A stretch of 64,000 bases of DNA from Macrostomum hystrix (GCA_950097015.1 CATNEN010000029.1:5890001-5954000), one strand, 5' to 3'. Shown: positions 37,661 through 51,100, numbered from the stretch's first letter. Numbers and translations are program-made. The notes: a model not told the origin generated them from the sequence alone.

Positions 37661-37903
37661 ATGAGCAAGGCGCAGAATCCCGAGCTGAAGAAATACCTGG
37701 ACAAGCGCGTGTCCATCCAGCTGAATGGCAAGCGTCGAATCAGCGGGGTCCTACGCGGCTTTGATCCGTTCATGAATCTGGTGCTAGACGAGACGGTTGA
37801 AATTCTTCGCTCCGAGCAGCAGCAGCAGCAGCAGCGGCGCATGGGCATGATTGTTGTGCGCGGCAATTCCGTGGCGATCTTGGAATGCATGGACAGAATC
37901 TGA
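37661..37903 (+). CDS. SNRPG: Small nuclear ribonucleoprotein SmG, intronless, with a Q6 run
   Basis: MSKAQNPELKKYLDK..LNGKRRISGVLRGFDPFMNLVLDE...MGMIVVRGNSV has the SmG N-terminus and Sm1/Sm2 motifs. Confidence 0.93.
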   Translation: MSKAQNPELKKYLDKRVSIQLNGKRRISGVLRGFDPFMNLVLDETVEILRSEQQQQQQRRMGMIVVRGNSVAILECMDRI

Positions 37904-38354
37904 ATCGGTACCTTATTAGAATCCATACTGTTTGCCCTTGCATAAACCGTAATTAGTCGTCAAACTTGTTTAACTGCTCAACGCTACTGTAAGTAGGCTA
38001 ATACAAAAAATCATCCATTTGGCTAAAATGTTCCGAGATTCTTATGCTACGTGCTAGTTAATTTTTTTACATTTTATTCTCTCTCACTTTTATAAAACCT
38101 GACTTTGCATTTTTACTAAAAATCTGTAGGCCGCAACTTTTCTATAAATATTTTGTCTGCCAAAGGAAGAAATTGTAGGTTTTAAGAAGAATATATACAC
38201 CAAGGACTACTCAGTGCATTCGTTGCGCATTTCCTGTTTGGGTCATCAAACCTAACTATTTTTTAACGCTTCGAATTTTTAATGACTCCATTATTTTTTT
38301 AACTCAGACTTTCATTGTCGTATAGATGATGATAGTGGTTATTTCATGTCCGCC

Positions 38355-38765
38355 GTTCCTTCAGCGGCTCGCCGCCCCTTTCCTCCATTCCCTCAGCAAC
38401 TTGTCGCCCTTTTCCTTCATTCCTCCAGCAGCTCGCCGCCCTTTTCCTCTATTCCTTCAGCAACTTGCCGCCCTTTTCCTCCATTCCTCCAGCAGCTCGC
38501 CGCCCCTTTCCTTCATTCCTTCAGCAGCTCGCCGCCCCTTTCCTTCATTCCTCCAGCAACTTGCCGCCCCTTTCCTTCATTCATTCAGCAGCTCGCCGCC
38601 CTTTTCCTCCATTCCTTCAGCAGCTCGCCGCCCCTTTCCTTCATTCCTTCAGCAGCTCGCCGCCCTTTTCCTCCATTCCTTCAGCAGCTCGCCGCCCTTT
38701 TCCTCCATTCCTTCAGCAGCTCGCCGCCCTTTTCCTCCATTCCTTTAGCAGCTCGCCGCCCCTGA
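38355..38765. repeat. 32-nt minisatellite (CAGCAGCTCGCCGCCCTTTTCCTCCATTCCTT)n
   Basis: About 12 copies. Confidence 0.92.
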
Positions 38766-40205
38766 CCGCCATTTCTTCAGTAATGTTCAGCCTTGTGTGC
38801 ACCTAACCACAGCTGGGTGACTCGTATACTAATACTATACTATATCGTATTCCATGCTGGCTTAGGTCTCAAGAACTTCACAATCAGTTTTAAAGCAGAC
38901 TATCATTAGCTTTTGCTGTGAAGATCGTGCAGAAAGCCAGCCAGTTCGTGTGTCTTGCCTCGCGGGAATGTCCGCTACTTCTGTTTAACCTAGTAGAAGC
39001 AATACGAGTATGACCGCCTGGAAATATTTTAGTCAATCTACGCTCGTACTATCCGCAGAAGTCCCGACGGGTGTTTATTTTGTGGCATTTAGATCCTCTT
39101 TATCCAAACTGCTGAAGGGACTGTAGGAAATGGCTGTTCCTGAAGCCACAGCAAACTTATTGCCCTTGTGCTTCACTCGCAGCTTCCTGGATCATTGTGT
39201 TTTCTTAGCACCTTCTAAATAAGGTGCTGCTTTCTCATGAAGAACGTGTATTAAAAATGAACTTTTTTTATATTCCTATTTGTTCCTCTTTTGATAAAAT
39301 ACGTTGTCAGTCTAAGTTAATTTAGGCGATACAAGTTCCGCGTTAGTGATTCTTCCATTCGGCTCGTAGCATTGAGTTCAGTTGAGATAAACAGAACTGC
39401 TTTTGTCTCAACGTAAATATACCTTTTAACAATTTTTTAGGACATAAGTGTAGTTTATTTACCCGTAGTATTTGGCCAGCTCAGTCCTAGAAAGGTGATT
39501 TCGATTTAGTCAGCACTGGGGGTTTACCGTAGACTATAGTAGAGATTATAATGATTATGTCAGTTTTATGTTAGATTATGTTGATTATGTTACAGAGTAA
39601 TGTTAGTTCTTGTCTTGTCGAAGACCCTGGTGACAAGAACCTGGTCTTCGCTGAATATCTCAACCATGCTCACGTCGGACGGCTTTGAAATTTAGTTCAT
39701 TGTTCATATATTCGATTCATATGGTGGACTTTCACGAAAATCTGTCATTCGGTTTGCGAGCTATTGTGAAGCGGCATTGAAGCCTCGAAAAGCTTATCAA
39801 CTCAGAAGTGGAAGTTGTATTTTGTACTTTTGTCCATTATGTGGTTGTTGGGCGTTGCAATCTCACTTTGCTAATTTATTCAAATCTTCCTTTTGGTGGG
39901 TAAGGCAGCGACACGTTGCTACCCTGGTTACTAAGGCATCTGCAGCCTGTCTGTTTGCCTGCCATGGATTTTAGCATGGATTGACAAATTCATATTTCTT
40001 ATAGACTATTTGACCGCGCTTAGATTCCAACCCGAGCCTTATTAGTTCAGGGATAATCCTATTGAAATGCAGCCCGAACTAAGAAAGCTTAGCCAGATGA
40101 AACTAGTAGGCAATTATACTGCAACCTGATCCTGTCCTTGAGTCCTGCATGATTGTCTTTACCACAAACTTTCGTAAATTGTCATGGAATAATATTAACT
40201 GTGAC

Positions 40206-41864
40206 AAAGCACTCAGGCAGTCCTCACTGTTTCTGACACAAACACTCAGGCAGTCCTCACTGTTTCTGACACAAACACTCAGGCAGTTCTCACTGTTTCT
40301 GACACAAACACTCAGGCAGTTCTCACTGTTTCTGACACAAACACTCAGGCAGTGCTCACTGTTTCTGACACAAACACTCAGGCAGTGCTCACTGTTTCTG
40401 ACACAAAGCACTCAGGCAGTTCTCACTGTTTCTGACACAAACACTCAGGCAGTTCTCACTGTTTCTGACACAAACACTCAGGCAGTTCTCACTGTTTCTG
40501 ACACAAACACTCAGGCAGTGCTCACTGTTTCTGACACAAACACTCAGGCAGTCCTCACTGTTTCTGACACAAACACTCAGGCAGTTCTCACTGTTTCTGA
40601 CACAAACACTCAGGCAGTGCTCACTGTTTCTGACACAAACACTCAGGCAGTGCTCACTGTTTCTGACACAAACACTCAGGCAGTGCTCACTGTTTCTGAC
40701 ACAAACACTCAGGCAGTTCTCACTGTTTCTGACACAAACACTCAGGCAGTGCTCACTGTTTCTGACACAAACACTCAGGCAGTCCTCACTGTTTCTGACA
40801 CAAACACTCAGGCAGTTCTCACTGTTTCTGACACAAACACTCAGGCAGTTCTCACTGTTTCTGACACAAACACTCAGGCAGTGCTCACTGTTTCTGACAC
40901 AAAGCACTCAGGCAGTTCTCACTGTTTCTGACACAAACACTCAGGCAGTTCTCACTGTTTCTGACACAAACACTCAGGCAGTTCTCACTGTTTCTGACAC
41001 AAACACTCAGGCAGTTCTCACTGTTTCTGACACAAACACTCAGGCAGTCCTCACTGTTTCTGACACAAACACTCAGGCAGTTCTCACTGTTTCTGACACA
41101 AACACTCAGGCAGTGCTCACTGTTTCTGACACAAACACTCAGGCAGTTCTCACTGTTTCTGACACAAACACTCAGGCAGTGCTCACTGTTTCTGACACAA
41201 ACACTCAGGCAGTTCTCACTGTTTCTGACACAAACACTCAGGCAGTTCTCACTGTTTCTGACACAAACACTCAGGCAGTGCTCACTGTTTCTGACACAAG
41301 CACTCAGGCAGTCCTCACTGTTTCTGACACAAACACTCAGGCAGTTCTCACTGTTTCTGACACAAACACTCAGGCAGTTCTCACTGTTTCTGACACAAAC
41401 ACTCAGGCAGTGCTCACTGTTTCTGACACAAAGCACTCAGGCAGTTCTCACTGTTTCTGACACAAACACTCAGGCAGTTCTCACTGTTTCTGACACAAAG
41501 CACTCAGGCAGTTCTCACTGTTTCTGACACAAACACTCAGGCAGTTCTCACTGTTTCTGACACAAACACTCAGGCAGTCCTCACTGTTTCTGACACAAAG
41601 CACTCAGGCAGTTCTCACTGTTTCTGACACAAACACTCAGGCAGTTCTCACTGTTTCTGACACAAAGCACTCAGGCAGTTCTCACTGTTTCTGACACAAA
41701 CACTCAGGCAGTTCTCACTGTTTCTGACACAAACACTCAGGCAGTTCTCACTGTTTCTGACACAAACACTCAGGCAGTTCTCACTGTTTCTGACACAAAC
41801 ACTCAGGCAGTTCTCACTGTTTCTGACACAAACACTCAGGCAGTTCTCACTGTTTCTGACACAA
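40206..41864. repeat. 33-nt minisatellite (CACTCAGGCAGTTCTCACTGTTTCTGACACAAA)n
   Basis: About 50 copies with occasional 32-nt units. Confidence 0.96.
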
Positions 41865-42944
41865 CAGTCCCTCGCAGCGACATAAGCTTGATGAAAAAAA
41901 ATGAAAAGAACTTTTGAGTAATCTTACTTCTAGATTCTCGTGCTCAAATTCAAAGGCATTGTAAGTTTTCTCAAATAGCATGCATGAAAACCAGCCTTAT
42001 ACATAAGAATTAAATGTTATTTAATTCGGCAGGGATAATGGATTGATCTATTTGATCCATTACTATAAAAATCTTTCTAATCCGCATTCTTTTTATCTCC
42101 ACTGTTGAAAAGATTTCGCTTGGATCAATGGATGCTATTGAAGTTTAGCTGCACTGTTTGGCTTATCAAAGGTATCGTTAAAAGTAAAATTTAATGATAT
42201 ATTCTTCTTGAAAAAAGATTTCTGTATCTGTCTAATTACTCAGCTTGTTATCTACCATGCTTTACATTTTCTATTTATATCTATCTACCATCAGCTATCA
42301 TCTATCTGCAATCTATAAAAATATACCAATATTTTGCTTCTTTTAGGGAGGCCGCCACACTCACCTTAATTTCTTAACCTTAACACCCACCTTGCTTAAT
42401 TTAGTACTCGTAGAATAAAAAAGTTTTCCCATTCCGCTATTATTGACTCACCTGCATCAAATTTTATCTTTGATGAATGGCGAGTGTTGTCAACTTAAGC
42501 CTCTTTCTTATCGCCGAAATTGACGAAATTCTGCTGTGATTAAACAGGCGTTCATTGAGGAATTCAGCGGTTTGACACTGCACTAGCTGAAGGGTGAAAG
42601 CTATTTCGCTGTCACTAATGGCCTTGAAATCCCAAAATTTGATGGAAAAGTGTGACGCTGCTATTTTTAAGTTTCGCCTTGCGTGTCTGCTAAGCAGTTT
42701 CTGATTCATTGGATTTTACAATCTTGAAATCAGCTTGACCAAAGCGGCCATTGAGGCGAAAGTTCTTCTGTCAATGCTTATACCTTGCTTGTATCCTATT
42801 TCATTCAGATCCCCCTTTGTAGGTTTTAATCTGCTGCTAGCAATGAGAATATATCCCTCCAGACATATAGGCCTAATATCTAAGTTATATAAACAAATCT
42901 AAGCTCTCCGAGTTGTTTTAAGAACGTCGTGATTGCTTGAGGCG

Positions 42945-43230
42945 CAATTCGCGGTGTAATGATGCGGATTGCAATGATTGGTTCAGATGTTATTCGCGGT
43001 GTAATGATGCGGATTGCAATGATTGGTTCAGATGTTATTCGCGGTGTAATGATGCGGATTGCAATGATTGGTTCAGATGTTATTCGCGGTGTAATGATGC
43101 GGATTGCAATGATTGGTTCAGATGTTATTCGCGGTACAATGACGTGGACGTTGTTGATTGGTTCAGATTTAATTCGCGGTGTAATGATGCGGATTGCAAT
43201 GATTGGTTCAGGCATCATCGCGGTGTAATG
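42945..43230. repeat. 45-nt tandem repeat (ATTCGCGGTGTAATGATGCGGATTGCAATGATTGGTTCAGATGTT)n
   Basis: About 6 copies. Confidence 0.93.
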
Positions 43231-45439
43231 CGTGAACTTCGCTGATTGGTTTAGATGTCATTCCCAGTCTGTAACGACGTAATATGGGCTCGAATTATAG
43301 AAATGTGCATTAAAATTGGCACAAAATATATTTGCACACAGAGAGTCATTAATCTTCTATACACAGCATTAAAAAATAAGTCATTTTTATGACTAACTAC
43401 TAGGTTTTTCTTTTTCCAAATTCTAATACTCAATACGCGTTTTCTACTCAAATACAAAAAGTTTTCTGTTCTCAAGTACAACATATTTTGTGGGTTGGCT
43501 GTGCACCCTACTTTAACAGGTTCACTGGCTGGATGCAGTAAATGACAGCCTTTTGAAATAAGCAACATATAATTCTCGCGACAATGACAAAATACAAGTA
43601 CCTGCGAGGTGCTAAAGCTTACTTTGGCTATCCATTTCTGTGCTCTGGAAATCCTCGCGAAGAACTCATTTGTGTGAGAGTGTGTCAAGAGAAAGAATGA
43701 GAAGAAAACTGATGACCGAGATAGACGGAGCTGCAGTTTCATGAGGATGGCGATAGATTTGTTGGCATAGCCATGTCTCTCAGAGGCATCGATCAGGTCT
43801 TGCTTGGGTTGTCTTCAACAGAGCTAAACTCAGAAGCAGAGACCCGCCCAACCTTCTCGCACTAGAGAACTACGGAGCTACAGCTGTGGCGGCGGCCAGC
43901 AAACTCCGGCTCAAAGACGGCAACCAGCTGTGAGGAGCTGATCACGCGCGACCCAGAATGCGTCCAGAAGCCACAGACACATTGCGGCGGCTCTAAATCA
44001 GTCAACAGTATTTCACTCACTACTCGTAAAACTATCTATATAGATATACTCGTAACTATTTTGGCACATGGAATCGGAGACAACTGTGCTTCTTCTCCTC
44101 TGTATTTCTGAAATTCCGCATTGCATCTTAAGCAGCCTCAGGGGTGGTCTAATTAACAGTCTGGCCTGTTAGCTGCGTCTCGTCCGTTGCATTTTTCTGC
44201 ACTTTATGCTAATTTTTCTGGAACGCCGCAAAAAATGAAATTATTTTAGGCCATCCGGAAACAAATGAGGTCCGGATTCTGGTAGTAATCTTTTCGAGAT
44301 ATAAGATGGAAATTCTTTCACTTCGCTGCTAGTCAAACATGAGCATAGAACTAAGCTGTGTCATGAGAACACTAGCATGCATCCTTGTTCTCCTTTGTTT
44401 CACAATGGTCTTGAGTGTCAGGATATCTCCGTTCACATTCCCTGTCAGATTTCATGGAGTTAGCTCCAACAAAGTCTTTCCTCTTCTTATTCTATAGAAT
44501 TCTGAGGAGTCGGTGCACGGCTGTTTCAGCTGAACTGTCAACTCGCTATGAAAAATAACAGTTAAGAAAGAAGGCTGGCCAAAGTGCAAGTGTTACACTA
44601 GGAAAAGTCTGCAATCTGACACTCCCACACGCCAGGAAACATTTCATCAGTCCCTATGCGTCTCGTACTGTATAAGAGCAATAGTGAAAATGCTCACTGA
44701 TCTGATCGGTTTGATGCACCGGAGCACTATGTCAAGGAGTTATAAGTAAGAAGGCAGAACTATGGCAAGCTCTATTTCTAACTTTCCGACTGTTGAACAG
44801 TCTGTCACCATCATCTCGAGACTGGAGAATCTTAAGCATGATACTGACAAGTTCAATATGCCATATCTGAAGACTTGTTAGTCCGCGTCTTTTTCTATTG
44901 CTCCCGCTCAAAAGTTGCACTCGCTTTAATCTGGCCTTGTGTCAAAGCTTACTATTTGTTATAACCGCCCTGATTGACAGGGCCAAGGACTGGAAACAGG
45001 TCGCAATGAAACATAGATAACGCCGACAATCCGCTGTTTGCGACGCAATAAGCACTCAAAACAAACATTGTACTTTCGGTGGAAATTCCTTGCTCTTTGG
45101 TTCCTGGCCGGTGAGAGAAGATGGTGTGGTAAACACTTCCTGCTCAGAAACCATCCACCTAGAAGAAAACTAGGAGGAATTGAGTTAGAAATAATAAAAT
45201 AAACCGGAGTATAGAAAACACCAGCTATATAGGACTACAACTCAATGCGGTAATGCATGCCGCATGTCTCACAGCATCCCGCCCCACTCGTCCTGTGGCG
45301 GCAGTCTACTCGTGTTTACCCGCGTGGCGGGTGCCCAAGACTTCCTCCAAGAATTCCTCGCTCAACCATGGAGAAATAAATATGTAGAAAATGCAGTTCC
45401 ATCTCGATAAATATGTAGTTATGCTATTTCGTCGATAGT

Positions 45440-46480
45440 TCATGCTTCCAGTCGATAATTCTTGCTTCTCCCAAGATAAATCATGCTTCTCCCAAGATAA
45501 TTCATGCTTCTCCCAAGATAATTCATACTTCTCCCAAGATAATTCACGCTTCTCCCAAGATAATTCATGCTTCTCCCAAGATAATTCATGCTTCTCCCAA
45601 GATAATTCATGCTTCTCCCAAGATAATTCATGCTTCTCCCAAGATAATTCACGCTTCTCCCAAGATAATTCACGCTTCTCCCAAGATAATTCACGCTTCT
45701 CCCAAGATAATTCACGCTTCTCCCAAGATAATTCACGCTTCTCCCAAGATAATTCATGCTTCTCCCAAGATAATTCATGCTTCTCCCAAGATAATTCATG
45801 CTTCTCCCAAGATAATTCATGCTTCTCCCAAGATAATTTATGCTTCTCCCAAGATAATTCATGCTTTTCTCAAGATAATTCATGATTCTCACAAGATAAT
45901 TCATGCTTTTCCCAAGATAATTCATGCTTCTCCCAAGATAATCCTTGCTTCTCCCAAGATAATTCATGCTTCTCCCAAGATAATTCATGCTTCTCCCAAG
46001 ATAATTCATGCTTCTACCAAGATAATTCATGCTTCTCCCAAGATAATTCATGCTTCTCCCAAGATAATTCATGCTTCTCCCAAGATAATTCATGCTTCTA
46101 CCAAGATAATTCATGCTTCTCCCAAGATAATTCATGCTTCTCCCAAGATAATTCATGCTTCTCCCAAGATAATTCATGCTTCTACCAAGATAATTCATGC
46201 TTCTCCCAAGATAATTTATGCAACCCCCTCGATAAATTATGCGTCCCTCTCCATAAGTCATGCTTCCCCTTGACAATTCATGCTTTCTCCTCAATAATTC
46301 ATGCTACCCTCTTTAATAAATCATTCTATCGTCTTAAAAAAGATTTCCCTGTAAGCATTTTGCTATTACCTAAAAATATCATTCTTTCTCCTGGAAATCT
46401 GATGCAATCCTTTCAAGAAATCAAGATTTTCCCTAGACATCGAATGCTTTTCCCCACAAACTCCATGCAAATTAATTGTT
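45440..46480. repeat. 21-nt minisatellite (CTTCTCCCAAGATAATTCATG)n decaying rightwards
   Basis: About 37 clean units to ~46220, then degenerate. Confidence 0.93.
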
Positions 46481-48126
46481 ATATCATGCTGGTATCCATT
46501 GATATCTAGGGCTATATTCTTAAGTTTCATGTTCTCATTCGAGTTATCATGCTTTCAAAATACAGAAAAGAAACAATGATTGCTTCCCTGCACGAAAAAA
46601 ACACTACGTTTTTTTAAGAGTAATACTATTACTATTGCTAATGCTATTAGCTAGGATTAAAATACTGTCTCCTAGTTTTCAATCTAATAACGATTGCAGC
46701 AATGCTCGAAAATTTCTTAAGTTTTGAAAATAAAAGAACGCTAACAGTTACGTATGCTCGAACAGTCTTCCTTTTTTTGAATGGATAACGCTTGAAGAAA
46801 TGCTCGAAAAAAAGTTAAAATAAAAAATATTAACGATTTTAGCTATGCTCAACAATTTTTTTTAGTTCTTAATACGCTTGCAGCTAGGCAGGAAAATTTT
46901 TGTTTGTTTGAATATAAAAAATTAACAGCAAGGATATTGAATCGAATATCGAATATTGCTTGCAAGAATGCTCAAAAAACGTTACAATTTAAAATGAACT
47001 GCACCAGCTTTGCTCAAAGTATTTTCTTTTATTTTTAATCTAAAAATGCTGGCAGAAATGCTCGAAAATTCTTTACTCAGTTTTATATCGTATAAAATTT
47101 GCTGCTGCACTAAAAAAATAATTTCTTCTTCTCTCAAATCGAGAAGAGTAATAAGACAAAAATATTTGCTTTGACATTACCCTAGTTGACAATCTTACAT
47201 TCTGCCTTGTAAGATCTGACTTATCCTATAAAATCTTGGCAGAACTGCTAAGATCTGTTAGGAATGTGTAAGAAAATAAAATATGCGCTAACTGTCACGG
47301 CTACCAAAAAAACAAATTTAACTGTGTTGCAGCTATTCTTGTAATAAAAAACTTCCATTTTTTCTAATTGTCATTAAGTCTGCTTCCTTTGGGTTTCTTG
47401 ACAGATATGATCAGATCCGGCAAGAGACAGTAAGATGTCACAGCTATAGAAAATAAAAAAATAATGTTTTCACCAACAGCTATTGTCTTGAAAAGTCAGT
47501 TCATTAATGATTTACAACATTTTGGAAGTGAGAAACAATAAAATTTTTGGTATAGTCATTCAGTTTACTTTTTTTGGTTTCTTCACAGATATGGTCAGAT
47601 CTGACAAGTCAACCTGATAAGTATGCAAAATAATTTGTACAGTATATTTAATATTTTCCGAAGTTCACATTGTATATAGCAAATATTTAAGTGCACACAT
47701 GCATAACGATACATGCATAACGATTTCGAACGATACCGTTCGACAGGTATTTTAAATATTCTTTCCCTTGAACTGAACATATTGTGCAATTTGTATAAAA
47801 CTGGCAGATTCCAGTGTTCGTTGATAAACCACAAACACCATTAAAATTAAAAAATAAGTAATAAGAAACTATTTAAGCGAAATATATATGCACATTTGTC
47901 TAAGGTACAAGGGCCGCGATTATAGATAATTAACTGTTTTTGTTTTAACAATTAAAATTTGAACACTTTTGCCAGCTTTTTCTCGCTATTCTTTTTCTTT
48001 TATTTATCACATTCATCACATAAATTATATACACTTTCTTTACTTTACTGCTGTCCTGGATTTCTAATTTCTAAATCTCGCATATTGTAGGCATTTATTC
48101 TGTTGCATATCAAACATACCGCTCCA

Positions 48127-51100
48127 ATGCAGAGCTCAATCACTACCACGCCCAAATCTTCCTCCTCAAAAAGGCAATTAAGACAGAATCCACTAACTCG
48201 AGTCCAGGAGATTAAATTGAACTCAACATACTGCATATTGTGGTATAATAGTACTAAGTACTTTAGTCAGACTTTTAAACTGAGTGATGTCCGATTCGAG
48301 ACATATTCAGCAGAAGAGCGCCTACGTTGGAGTGCTGTGAGTCATTGCATGTTAGACTGTAGTATAGTGCATATGCTTGTTTGATATCTATGCGGCTATG
48401 GGCCTAGATCTTTAGGCTGTCTAATAATTCTAATGTTAAGAATTAGAAACATGTTATAACTAAGCAATATTATTAACTGTATAATCTGGTAGTATGTTTT
48501 ATATTAGCTAAAATAAAAACTTGAGATTCCTTGATTTTCTATTGCTTAACAATTAATTTAGTCTTAAGACGATATATATTCCATCCATACTCTGGATTGT
48601 CATGGCAGAGTATATGCTGGACATAAGTGAATATTTCTTGCCATATACCAATCTACATAAAAATGATCAGGGCTAACATTTTGTAGGCCCTATTCAACAA
48701 TTCGGTTAAGTACAAATTATAAAATGTATTATGGGAATCATAAAAAAACTTACCAATTATTATTAAAACAGAAGAAGAAAATATAATCATGTACATGCAT
48801 GTCATAATTTAAGAACTGTTTAATAATTTACAATCATTATTATATATAGGGTAATGTATCATCAACCAAACAAGAATGTTTATTTTTTAACTTCAAACCT
48901 AAGCTACAGATTTTCTATTTAAGATATGATGATAAATTAAAATCCAAGTTATAGAAAACAGTTACATCTTTCTAAAAAGTATCTGCTTTTGCTATTTTGT
49001 CAAATAGAAAAAAGTTATTCCTGCTTTTTTTTCTAAAACCAAACAATGATTTTCATGTATCTTCAAACCAAACAGAGAATTTGATGTTTGATTTTACAAT
49101 TTGAGTGAGTGGTTTAATCTTATTTTAAGGAGTGAACTATCATAGATTATGTAATTTGAAAGCATTTTCATGCTCTATAAATAGGCCTAACTACATTTAT
49201 GGTCATTTAATTGGCTATTGGCAAGCAACCACATACAATCTTTGTCTAAAGTACTAAGTACCTACTGAAAAAAAGTTGTCACAAAGTATGCTTTTGCAAT
49301 AAAAATTTCTACTGAAACATCAATATCTTTTTTTCCTCTTAATGCTTCATTGCACATCATGCCTCAGCTTGTAGATGATTTCTTTAACTTTCTAATTAGA
49401 TGTTCTGTGAAACACTAGCTTGTTTCTGTCTTGCACAAGATCAAGGAAGGAGTCAAAATTCTTGTTCAGTTTTGAAGTAGGCCCTACACTGGTTGATGAT
49501 ACATTACCCTAATAAAATGATTATTTTTTTCACAATTTTCTATAGTAATTCTAGTAATTAGGTTAAATATCTCAACAACTATGGCTATTTTTCAGAAACC
49601 AGTGCTAATAAATAGCAACTAATATTTAGTTTAGTGTTAGGCCTATTATTATTCAATATTTTAATAATACTGTTAGTTATTTATCAATTCAGTTCAGTAT
49701 TACCCTTAGTTAGGCCTAATTATTTAGGCAAAAAAAGTTAACTAACTTTCAACATTATGCATGTAGACATGTATCAGTGCAACCTTAGTAATCACTACTG
49801 TTTCCATTGGCTATATATACATGTAAGCCATTATTAGTTCAGAGTGGTCATAAGACTACCATTTTATTAGAGGTTGGACGATATCTCAGTCTCAATCATA
49901 ATGATCTTGGCACTTTTTTCAATCTCAATCTTGGTTTTGAGATCTCAAAAAGGTTAAGATTCAAGATTTTATTTTATAATTTTATTTAGTCTACAGTTGT
50001 ACTTCTTCACAACTTTAGAAAAAAATTAGCCAAAAAGTTCTCTTTTATATGCAAGTGATGGGTTCCAGGAAGAAACTTTGTAGAATCATAATATATACTG
50101 GACTAGAGTAAATAAGCACTAGATACTGTTTGATGATTATGATTGTTAATTTCAGTCAACAGTCTTTTTTACTATTTTACACTCATAGGCCTAATGCACT
50201 AATCTTGAATCTTGATCAACTCTCTAAAAGTGATATTGTCTGACCCCTACATTTTATATAATAAAAACTCGAGTAAGTGTGTTGCCTATAAAAATGGTCA
50301 AGAAAACCCAAAGTTGCAGATATAATTTTAGAGAAGCAACCTATATTGAACTATATAGCTTATATAAGGTAATCATATTTATATATTTGATATTAAATGG
50401 GGTTAAAAATATGTACATTGTCATTTAACCTTTCTTATTTTTGTGCCTGTCACTTGGCTTAATTCATTTACACTAGAGATAAGGTAGTGAATCTTTTAGT
50501 GAATCTATGCATCTTTTATGTGTATCTAGATGCTATGCTGGTTGTTTTTGCTACTTGATTTTTAAGGGAAATTTTTTTTAGCTGAATTCAAGGGAAATTG
50601 TGTAATGATTGGGCATAGCTTAGCTAGGTAAAGGCATTTTTTAGCAAATTAAGCAACTTAGTAACATTTTCATTTTCACATTGCATGAAATTTTGGCTTT
50701 AATATCTGTATATAGGTTCCTTAATAATTTTCTTTCCTTTTCTTTCTTTTCTTAGGGAGCAACGGTTTTGGTCAACGAAAATGAGCAGAAGCATGTTGCA
50801 ACTCTTCTCTGCATTGGGAAAATAGAAAAGATTCAGGACTTTGAAGCAGCGCTGGCACAGAATGTTAATTCTGATTATGATACCGACTGTGCTATCAAGT
50901 TTGCAAAATCATATGAAAAACAGCTGGGGAGCAGTTCAGCAGATCGGAACCCTCCAAGATGCAATTCTGGTGCATCTTTTTTTACTACAACAGCTGAAAT
51001 CCATGCAGATGGCGATTTTGATAACGATGATGATTTTGATGCAGATTATGCTGCTGAAGACAATGTATCTAGTGACTCATCGAGCAGTGGCACAGACAAT

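Noticed and set aside
40103-41460. Repeat ORFs (TQAVLTVSDTN etc.)
   Set aside because: 33-nt minisatellite; 32-nt units break the frames.
43710-43740. Hammerhead-like CTGATGA cores (also ~185, ~12752, ~12892)
   Set aside because: No GAAA after stem II and no consistent stems I/III.
42464-44000. Short ORFs and protein-like fragments at 42.5-44.0 kb
   Set aside because: Interrupted by stops; no family recognised; at best decayed TE sequence.
45315-45340. CCCGC-GTG-GCGGG hairpin as a Helitron 3' end
   Set aside because: No CTRR terminus at the expected distance and no 5' TC end identified.
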